Below, one piece after another: positions 38,564 through 49,400 of a stretch of DNA of 64,000 nt. Each line of letters starts with the position of its first letter. The stretch's first letter is position 1. The notes beneath the pieces were generated by a model. The model searched no databases. It was not told the DNA's origin and saw only the letters and a program-made list of their open reading frames with translations. The position numbers and the translations under genes are program-made. Source of the DNA: Lepidodermella squamata (taxonomy: Eukaryota > Animalia > Gastrotricha); NCBI GenBank assembly GCA_047495785.1, contig JBLDXI010000017.1, positions 496,001 to 560,000 on the forward strand, given 5' to 3'.

Positions 38564-39051
38564 ACCAATTTCGTGAGCAGCGAGGGGCCGAAAAGATGCC
38601 GATTTAACCAGCTGCAATTCCGCAGAAATACTGGCCTCGCCATCTTAAAATAGTTTTGCTATTAATTAGACCTATTAGGAATTATATCTAATATTTTTTC
38701 AAAATTCTTCAGTGCATATTTTTCTAATGATGATGACAAGGTGGAGAGAAAAATAAAACAAATCCTATATGATGAGATGAGCATATTTCTGGCAGCTGTA
38801 CCAACGATCAGAAGTGTAGGTGGGTGTGGAAATAAAAAACACGACTCGTGCTTTACCCCCACTCACCCGCGCGCACCTCCACTCTCGCATCTGGTACAAT
38901 ACGCCTCAATATCTCCAGCTTAAAAAATGTTTTTATTGTCTTCCCAAGTAATTATTAGTAGCGAATTAAATTAATCAAAATACCTTAACAGCTGTTACAC
39001 TTATCCGTATTTTTTCTGCATTTTTTAAACTATTTTTCCCTCGTTTTTTTA

Positions 39052-42000
39052 ATGGCGGACTTTTTAGAGAACGATTCAATGGGCGCACACGGCCATGGGC
39101 CAAAATCGGGCAATCACGAGACCTGTGAAGTTGATGGCCTAATTATTCCTCGCTGGCTTCCTGATGCCGGCAAATTAGGTGTCCCTACAATAGTAACCCG
39201 GGCCATTATTTACTCCGCAATATTGTGTTATTTACTCTTCGGCCTGGCTATTATAACCGATAGAATCCTGGCAGCGATGGAGGTGATAGCTGGGCAGAAG
39301 AAAACAAAGAAAATTCGGATGAAAAACGGCACAATTCGGCAAATTAAGGTGTGATTCATCGCAAAGAAATTTTTTACAAATTTAAGGCGGAATTTTTATT
39401 TTCAGGCACCAGTCTGGAATTCGACAATAGTCGCCATGACTGTTTTTACCATCGGCTCGTCGGCGCCAGAAATTTTTATTCCTTTGATTGAAATTATCAA
39501 TCACCACTTTCAAGCCCATGACCTTGGCCCTTCTCTCATATTAGGAAGCGGCGCGTTTCACCTTTTTGTCATCACCGGGGTGTGCTTATTCAGCGGGCAT
39601 GAAACCTTCGCAAAACCCATTGTCGATCGTTGGGTTTTCACTGTTCAAGCAATTTGCGCTGTTATAGCTTACCTATGGATTTACGTCATGATTGCCGTTA
39701 TCACGCCTAATGTTATCGAGCTGTGGGAAGCTGTGTTGACTTTGGTATTCTTCCCAACCCAAGTTGCGCTGGTTTATGTGCTATCGAAGCGAAAACGATG
39801 GGTTGAACGCGGCGTTACTCATGTGTTCTGGTGTTGCTTCGAGCAGGTTCGACAGCCTGACGTTAACGAATCAACTAGTCTCATCGCAGATGCGGGATTG
39901 GTTGGGAATCAATCAGGTGCGGAATATGTGATGGCGAGAGATGGCGATGATGAGGATGAAGCGTTAGCTGAACGGGAGGAATCACTCAGGAAGCAATGCG
40001 CGAGTCGGTACCAACAACTGAAAGCTATTCATCCGGAAAAATCAAAGTTGGAACTCGAAGGTGAAACATTAAAATAATTAGATGTGGTCAATGGTTGTCA
40101 ATTATTTTTGAAAAATTATGCACATGAGCGTTCAATTATCCCTACCCGATAATTATCACAGGTTAATTTGTCATATTTCAGGTAAAATTAGAAAAATTCC
40201 CAAATTTTACAGGAAAATTAGGAGTCAACTTTTCAGAAATTGTCCAGTTTGATTTTATGGTATTTATTAGAAATGTTCACATTAGGCATAAATCCAACTC
40301 CGAATTTTGTAATAACTGTTGTAATACTTAAATTTCACCAATTGATGTATAAGATATTTTTATAATTTGTTTCAGAAATGGTCGAAATCGAAATGCTGCG
40401 AGAGACCCCCAAGACAAAGGCATTTTACCGGTACATTTAATTCTGTTTATTTTATTGTTTTTATGTACTCGAGAATGTCATACTCATTCACGCTTGTTTT
40501 TTCCCTAAAAAATGCTGATAATTCAGCTGTATTTTTCAGGCTTCGCGGCACTGGTCATCTCGACACGAACAACAAGGATAAACTACGAAAAAGATATGTA
40601 AGGAAAATGTGAGAAATTACGATGAAAATCTAAGATTTTTCTTTTTTTTTTAACCAGGAAAATGTTGCAGCCACAGATACTTTGGCGCAAAAAGTTGGCT
40701 TTGACTCACCTTTTCACACCTGTAGTGAAGACTGCGACGTAACCAGCGTCAGGGTGACTAGATCTGGCGCAAGTATCAAGCAAACGGAGCTCAGCGTTGA
40801 TTACAAAACAATTAGCGGTAAAAACGCTAAAGCTGGCCGGCATTTTCATGAAAGCATCGGCACGCTAATCATCCCAGCGGGGGAGAAATCGGCTGAGATT
40901 TCTATCAAAATTATTGATGACGATGTTTACGAGACAAGGAAGAAGGCGTTTACAGTCAAATTGACAAATGCGAGGCTTAGATCGACTTCGAATGACTTGG
41001 TTCAGGCTGAAATTCCGATTGAAATGACGTGCGATGAAGTTTCAGTTTCAATTTTGGACGACGATCACGGCGGGGTTTTCTCGTTTGAAAAGTCAGATAT
41101 GGCTGTTCCTGATGATTGTGGAACTGCGAAAATCAAAGTCATTCGCTTGGTTGGAAGTAAAGGTAAAACCTTGCACTAATTAGGACTATTAATGATAGGA
41201 ATTAAGAATTATAGGTAAATAGGAATAGGAATAGGAATAATAGGAATAGGAATCGAAATAGGAATAGGAATAGGAAAAATAGGAAAAATAGGAAAAATAG
41301 GAATACAGTAAAACCTGTTATCTCGAAGGCTCACGGTGCCATTCGACCCCTTCGACTTACAGAGAGATTCGAGATAGAGGGAGACCGATATAAAAGCATG
41401 GAAAATAGCCCCTGGGCCTATTACAACGCGTTTATTTCATCGTCAAAAGGTTTCAGAGCACGAAAATCAACAATTTAATTAATACTGACGCTGGATTTGA
41501 AATACTCGGTGATGCTAGGCTGCCTAAGGCAAGCTGCGCGCTTTTGATGAATTTGATTTTCAATGTTAACGAGAGTATCGCCTAATTGAATGCCAGAATG
41601 ATTGGAATAGCGCTGTAGTATGTCAATAGCCGCCAAAGCTGCCTCGACCGTAGGCGGCTCGAGAACAGGAACGCCGTCTAGTGTCTCTTCAAGCACTTCG
41701 ATCGCCCCAGCGTTTTCCGCGACGCTTTGAGCGGCCTCTTCTTCTCGACGTTCGAGTACGAAACGCGCGACATCATCGACGGTTTGACCTTCGGGCTCGT
41801 AATGAACTGGCAAATCGCGGTCGAAGTCGACGTTTTCAAGATTTAAATCAGCGGAAATCGCGGCCGGTAATTTATCGAGGCCAACTACGAGGCTTGACAG
41901 CGGGATTTCGTCCTCAGCGTCGTATTCCAGCTGACCCGCGGGCGATACGCCGCTTTTCGCAAAACACTTCACGAATGTTTCTTGCCTGACCAAATTCCAC

Positions 42001-44632
42001 GACGCAGTTATCCAATTTACGGCGTCGTAAACGGTGATTGTTTTTGTAAAATCCGACGCCGTCTCGAAGCCGTCGATGCGAGAAACGAGGCGCTGAAGCA
42101 AAAACTTGCGAAAGTGCAATTTAACATTGTAAATGAGGCCTTGGTCGAGCGGCTGGGCTTCACTAGTAGAATTAGGAGGCAAAAACACCAGCTTGACGTT
42201 CGACAATTCGATTTCGACATGGCTTGAACAGTTGTCTAGAAGCAATAAAATTTTGCGGTTTTGTTTGTTCATGGCGCTGTTCAGGTCCTTTAGATATTCT
42301 TCAAAAATAGCCGTCGTCATCCACGCCTTCTTACTGTAACGCCACGTGACCGGAAGATTACGCAAGTCGCGAGCCACGTTGTTTGCTTTAAACGCGCGAG
42401 GATACGCCGCGTGACCTGGAATGAAGTGTTTACACAAGATTATGTAACGCGAGGATTGTTTACCGATTACGAGCGGCTTTAATTTCTCGCCGAGAGCGCT
42501 GCAGGTAAACAACACGCTAACACGCTCCTTAGCCACTTTAACGCCTTTGCATGCGTCATCGCTCAAAACGTAAGACCGAGTCGGAAGTTGACGGAAAAAA
42601 AATCCTTTAAATCATAAAATTTATAAAAGAAATCGTAAAATTGAAAAAAATCAATTACCGGTCTCGTCGCAATTAAAAATATCTTTCATCGCATAGCCGG
42701 CAATTATAGTGGGTAGTTTTAGGAACCATGCCGCGAGCGATTCTTTCGGCAACTCCGCCGATTCACCGCTTAGTTCTTTCAATGAAATCCCTTCGCGATC
42801 AAGCCAGCTGCGAAGCCAGCCGTTACTCGCCGCGAAATTGGCATATCCCAGGGCATCAGCAAAGAATTTCGCTTTTGTTTGCAAAATGGGACCGTCTAGA
42901 GCAATGTTCTTGCTTCGACAAAGCACTAGGAACGCCAGAAGCATAGAATTAATGACTCCAAATTTACACTCTCGCAGCGAGCGCGATCGGCATTTGGTGT
43001 CATCGACTTTGCCTTCTTTATTAACAGCGAGTGAACTCAAGTAGAGAGCTTGTAATTTTTCGCGATCTTTCTTGATCTTAGAAACGGTAGACGGCGCGAT
43101 ATTGAACTCGGCGGCTATTTTAGGATAGGGAGTTTTCGCATCGATAAGCTCCAAAACCTTCATTTTATCTTGAAGATTTAATTCCGGCATCGTAAAACAA
43201 AAATTGTGAATGAAATTACTCTAGAATTTAGCGAAGAAATTTTAGGAATTAGCTTTGAAAATTCGACTTCGCAGAGTCAAAACAATGGGCCATATGGCTA
43301 CCGTTCCTTTCCCGCCCTTCGACTTTCGAGATAGACAGAGTTCGACTTCACAGAGTAAATATTATGTGTCACATGCTGAAAAACCCACGGTTCCTCGCCA
43401 CGCGTTCGACATACACGAGTTTTCGAGATACACAGAGTTCGAGATAACAGGTTTTACTGTAATAGGAAAAATAGGAATAGGAATTGAATTAGGAATGGGA
43501 ATAGGAATTAGGAATAGGAATAGGTTTATCGATTGAGCATTTAACAGTTTTCCAATATTTTAAGGAAACGTATCGATTCCTTACCACGTCAACTCTGGAA
43601 CGGCTCAAATCGATAACGACTTTATACCGATTGGCGGAGCCCGAAACGAGTTGAAATTCGAAAAAGGCGTCTACGAGAAGACAATCGAGGTCCAAGTTAT
43701 TGACAAGAATCGCTGCGGCACCATTCAGACCTTCTTCATCGAGTTATTCGACCCTTTAGTCCTCGATCACCACGCGTCATCTCAAGTTGCTCACCCTACC
43801 CTGGGCGATAACCGGCTGATTCAAATCGGAATTTGTGAAAATGAAGAAGTTAAAGAGGCTATGGATCGGCTGGTGAAGATGACAAGTCTATCCGAATACG
43901 TCATCACCGAATCTTGGTCGGATCAAATTAAGGAGGCGTGTTCGGTTACCTTTCACTGCGAACACCCTAGTCCATTCGAAAAATTTCGCGGTTACGCATT
44001 TTTTGTCCTGTCATTCCCTTGGAATTTCCTCGTCGCCCTTCTGCCACCCACTCGAATGATCCATGGCTGGGCGACCTATTTGTCCTTACTAGGCCTTGTA
44101 GCCTTAGTAGCTGCCTTAATAGGAGATATAGCCATCCATCTAGGGTGCACGGTCAAATTGAAAGATTCAGTCATGGCTATTACCCTAATCGCGTTTGGTA
44201 TGGGCCTTCCGGACACTTTTGCCAGTCGACATGCGGCTATGCATGAAAAAACAGCGGATGAAGCTATCGGGCATATTACCAGGGCTAATACCGGATCGGT
44301 TTTTCTCGGTATGGGCCTAGCCTGGACTGTTGGTGCAGCTTATCAAAAGGCTCACGGTCATAAACTCGAGGTAAAACGTGAAAATTATTCTGTATATTAT
44401 TTCTTTCCTGATTTTGCTCTAGATAAAAACTGATCATCTTGATTTCAATGTGATAATGTACTGTGTGCTGGCGAGTTTCGCCATCATTGTACTATTTATC
44501 AGGCGTTTACCTCCGATTCGAGGCGAATTAGGCGGACCGACTTGGTCGAAGGTTATATCTGGAATGTTCTTCCTCGGTCTCTGGGTTGTTTTTGTTGTCA
44601 TGGGAACACTAGAAGCTTACAATTTACTTTGA
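39052..44632 (+). CDS. NCX/SLC8-like paralogue E; multi-exon; intron 41163-43564 carries a Tigger element
   Basis: IGSSAPE...GSGAFH; IIDDDVYE/ILDDDHGG; GMGLPDTF...AIGHITRANTGS. Splicing AAAG|gt...taag|GAAAC restores GSKGNVSIPY. Confidence 0.92.
41190..41303. repeat. Degenerate (ATAGGA)n satellite, continuing at 43462-43524
   Basis: The same repeat flanks both sides of the Tigger insertion. Confidence 0.85.
41306..43459 (-). mobile_element. pogo/Tigger DNA transposon, apparently full length
   Basis: Perfect 22-bp TIR CAGTAAAACCTGTTATCTCGAA, TA TSD at 41304-41305 and 43460-43461. Confidence 0.95.
41475..43190 (-). CDS. pogo/Tigger transposase (HTH_psq + CENP-B HTH + DDE_1), spliced
   Basis: Exons 43190-42659, 42604-42464, 42415-41475. 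Triad FNCDETG / LLLDNCSSH / QPLDQG (DD29D); C-terminal PIP-box-like QPSITEYF. Confidence 0.9.
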
Positions 44633-45339
44633 CCAAATAAGTTATTATCTATGCCTAACAGCAATAAAAAATGCAACAGTTGTTAATATGCATTTTTGGT
44701 AGCTTTCAAATAAAAATAGAGGCCAATCTATTACTAATATAATATCGAACAATATTTACGCAATTTAGATGAAATATCTATGCTACTTGCGCAACGAAAA
44801 CTGAGCAAATTGGAAAGTCTGACAACAGCTGTCCGCCCGAAAAATAAGGGCTGTACATTATTAGGAAAACGCTGGAATCTCTTCGCATCCCATCGTCACT
44901 CCGGTTTTTAATTGAGCAATTAAACAAACTGGCAACAAAACAAGATTCGAGGCTAACGGCCTGGCCACATCAGATTTGATCGATTTCGAATGTGCTTTTG
45001 TCGCCAATCTTCAACTTAAGCGTTGGTTTAGTCTAAAGGCAGCATTCAGAACAAGAAATATGCTTTCAAATTGGCCCCTGGCGAAGACAACATTGGAATT
45101 TTCGGTTTTGTGGATGATATACAGGAACAGTAAATGTGCAAATAAGTTTGCACCCCAAACTTAGGGTGTTTACTCCGATTCCAGCAAAATATCAAAGCGA
45201 TTGAAGTTATAGAAAACGCAGTGGTTCAGTTTGTGAACGGCTTCACCATAATGAATGCCAGGACAGCTTTTCTCGACCGCCGATCGCACAAAAAATGTAA
45301 TTTAATCAATTATAGTCAGGATAACAGTCGGTTAGTTAA

Positions 45340-45893
45340 CACTTTAACTGCCATTTACTCATAGGTGAGTATTCTCGAATTTGCAGAATATAGCCATATA
45401 CTCGCATATGAGTAGCCTCAAATTCGCAGGATATCGCCATATACTCATATGTGAGTATGCGGGTGTGTTGCTTTTTTGCGATTTTTTTGCACGAGACCTG
45501 TGCTTCTAAAAATTCCGCCGGTGCTTCACCAAGATCAAATAACACCCGTAGAACTCAAATCTAAATACTCATAGGTGAGTATGGCAATTTTGAGCTTTAA
45601 GGCCGTATACTCATATGTGAGTATTCATTAAAAGAGCCTGATGCCATATACTCATGGGTGAGTATACACATTTGCAGGAAAACGCCGTATACTCAAATAT
45701 GAGTAAGCGTTTTTTAGCTATTACGTAATAAGGATGAGTCAGAAAAATTCGGGACATAGACCAATGATCTTAGAATTCAACGAACTTCAAGAAAATATAA
45801 TAATCAGGGGGTCGAATTTTTTGGTAGGTACATCGAAAATACCCCGGCGCTGCAGGAATGGTACACGTGAAAAAAACCCCGGCGCTTAAAGTG
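45340..45893. mobile_element. piggyBac-like MITE with internal palindrome array
   Basis: TTAA on both sides (45336-45339, 45894-45897), termini CACTTTAA / TTAAAGTG, and seven ATACTCATATGTGAGTAT-type palindromes. A matching solo end (ggcagttaaagtgttaa) lies near 16944-16960. Confidence 0.7.
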
Positions 45894-46457
45894 TTAATTG
45901 TATTGTGTTCAATGATTCCACTTCAGCAGAAATAACTTGAAATAAATTAACAGCACAAGAGTTGAAGTTCATCCTCAAAATTATGATCATTGTCTTTACA
46001 GGTATATATAAAAGCAATATCTAAATAAAATGGCATGAAAAGGCCTTTGCTGTATTCATTCTTATCTTCTTACCGGTTATCAAAATTCTGATAACATAAT
46101 AAAAGTTACCGTTAGAAAGCGCGGCAGGACGTTGCCTGACTACATATTTGGATAGACCGGAGGATGATTAGTATTCACTTTTCTGCCATGGTAATCTATT
46201 TTGCAAAATGAATATAACACACCCCCGCACATACTAACCGTCATGTTATCACCAGCGACAAATTTTCTTTTAGAAACAATAATTTTTTCGTTGAAAGCCA
46301 TATAGCACAAGTTATCAAGAAGCCGTCGCGCGCTTCTTATCATCGTAACCAACGGCAAGAGACATTTAATGCTGATATTGTCTGACGTTCACCTACATAG
46401 AAGAATTAGTTTATATCGCGCCTCGTAAATTTGGGAAAATTGTCTAACTGCTTGGAG

Positions 46458-49400
46458 ATGACATCCCCCTACTCGTTTGGATCAATAGCCGAGTTCACGG
46501 ACGTTGAGTCTTTGTTGCGTTCCGAGAACCTCCTTAGAAACGCATACACATGTAGAAGCAATGACTGTTACCCTTACAACTTCGTCATTAAAAAGGCTGA
46601 TCTGACCAAGCTGCACAAGGAATTCGAGCAAGACTTCGAAACAATTACCCGACTTCTTCGCGAAAAAGTAAGAAATCTTCGTGGAAACGGAGTTGATTAG
46701 ATACCATTGGGTATTATAACTTGTTTTCAGGATTTGAAAATGCTAAAAATTAACCACGTAAACATTGTTCGAGTATTTGGCATGTTTGAAGGTTCGCTTG
46801 AAGGGCACTCACGTAAATTTTATACCAAACATGTCTTTGGAAGAATATCTTGACAACCACTCGATGCGCCATCTAGTGATGGAGTTTTGTGGGGGCGGCA
46901 GTTTCAAAACTCTGATCGACGCTAGGGGCGATCCGATTCGCGAAGTTAGGCTTCGAAGTTGGTCTGGCCAGCTTGTTTCAGCTTTGCATTATCTACACAA
47001 TCAAGACATACTCCATCGTAACATAAAGCCGAGCAATATTCTGCTATCGAAATATCAAGGCACTGTGAAACTGGCTGAGCTAGGGATAATCGAAGCCTTT
47101 GACACGTAAAGCCTTCAGTTTACACTTCAAAATTAATCATTAATTTCAACCGTAATTTTCAAGAAATTCAAAAATGAATACTCTCTTTCAATTGATGTGG
47201 AGCTATTTGCCTCCTGAGGTATGGAACGGTGCGCCTATGTCACGTGCAAGTGACGTCTGGGCGTTGGGATTCACGCTTTACGAAGTCGCGAACTACAGGA
47301 GACCAGTATGACATGGACTTAACATTGGCATTTGAAAATGATTCATTTTGTTTAGTTCGAACCACAGCACACTATGATGACGTGAGTCAGATTAACTTTC
47401 TCATACTCCTTTCTATGCTTGCAAGGTCCAGTCTTAAATTGTTAAATAATGTCGAACATTCTCTGTTTAGAAAAGAAGCTCGGGCGTTCAACGAGTCTCT
47501 TGATTATTCAACAGATTTCCAGGAATTTGTAATGTCGATGCTAACAAAGAACGATGAGGCTCGGCCGAGAACTGATCAGCTGGAAAGACACAACTTTCTA
47601 CTGAACCCTCCAGCCAAAGAGGCTATGAAGGTGAGGTTAATATCCAGATCAGGATGAGTGACGACGTTCAGTAATACTGTATACGTACTAATTTTCGCGG
47701 TAATCTTGAATTCGCGAATTGCCCAAAAATGACCATTTTCTATTTTCGCGAAATTTTAAATTCGCGAGGGCGATCCTTGGATAATTGCGTAATAAAACAG
47801 TAATTTTCGCGAAAATCTTGAATTCGCGAGGATACGGCGATCTCGGTTAAAGTTATGTGCCTTTCGCGTAACAACTACAGTTCGCGCATGGCGATTACGT
47901 TGCGCGCGTGCGCTCTATTCCGGCCCGCTGATTGGTTACCAATCAGGACTTGGCTCGCGCGCACTTGTACTAAGTATTCCTCACAAGCGCGCGCATCAGT
48001 TCACTTTTCTTAGTCCTGATTTTTAACAAATTCTAGACCGCGCGCGCGGATTTCAAAGAATTACTTTCAAACATCGCGTCGGTTTTCATACTACAAAATA
48101 ATTCGAACAATTCGCTATCGAATATATATAGGGTTCTCGCGTGAAAAATTCATGGAAATAAGTTTTACGCGCACCTCAAAATTTGCGCACAGGATGAGAG
48201 CGCGCTCTCTCGTCTGAGAACGAAATTGAAGTCGCGCGTAAGATTTTCCCATTATTCTTTTCGCGAGAAACCTATATCCATTCGATAGAGAATTGTTTGA
48301 ATTTTATCAGAGTATAAAAACCGCCAAAATAATCAGAAATATCTTTCTGTCAATAGCGCGCGCGGTCCAGAAATGATCATTTGAGCTTGTGTTTTCGCAA
48401 AAATCCACATTTACCCTCTGATTGCGCAATCTAAGGAGGGCCCGTAATTCTCGTAACTCGTGCGCATGTCGTTCCGGTTATGCGAGCAATAGCGGCTGGT
48501 TGCGAAATTGATAGCTGTGTAGAGAAGCGGAAAGTGCGAAGGCGCGCTTAATCGACTACTCGATCTACAATGGCAACTAATTACGCGCGCGGCTCGATTG
48601 ATAACCACTTGATGGACAATCGACCACCAGTTAAGCGGCAGTGATTTGATTGGCTTAGTCGTCTCAGCCAATCAGCGGCTACCACTTTTAGCTCAAGCAG
48701 TTTGTCACGCTGCTAGGAAATGAGCATTAAATGACCAACTAGTCTCGCAGGTGCCTGGTGCCCAAGACCGCTTTTCAAATCGTTTAGAATTACGCAATCT
48801 CTGCGAGCGATTTTCTTTCACGAGGGATTTTTTTTCGCGTGCAATTAATTTTCACGAGGGATAAATTTTCGCGAATCTTGAATTCGCGAGCCGAGGTCGT
48901 CGCGAAATTTCGCGAAAATAAAATTACAGCGAAAATTTGTACGTATACAGTATTGATCATTCAAATTATCAGGGCTTATTTGACTGTGTATGGATGAAGA
49001 AAGATGCGTTCAAATTAGTGGATCTACTGTCGAACAAAGAGCTTGATCTGAGCCCCGACAGCAAAGACGACGAAGGGTTTCCATTACTGTACCTTGCTGC
49101 TCAGAAAGGCTACAAAGATATAGTGGAGATCCTGGCGAAGCAATTCCAGGCCAATGTTGAGGCGGCCGATAACAATGGCGCTACGCCATTGTACGTCGCT
49201 GCCGCGAATGGCCGCGTCGATGTGGTGAAGACACTGGCTGCCGATTTCAACGCCAATGTCGAGGCAGCCGAGAAAGATGGCGCTACGCCATTGCACATCG
49301 CTGCCCAGAATGGTCCCGTCGATGTGGTGAAGACATTGGCTGGGGATTTCAACGCCAATGTCGAGGCAGCCACTAACGATGGCAGGACGCCATTGCACAT

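Noticed and set aside
42605-42658. Inactivating stop splitting the Tigger transposase
   Set aside because: The stop lies inside a canonical GT-AG intron, and splicing restores DETGFFFR.
45355-45710. CRISPR-like array of palindromic repeats with spacers
   Set aside because: Repeats are short and degenerate, spacers are partly similar to each other, there are no cas genes, the context is eukaryotic, and the array lies within a TTAA-flanked MITE.
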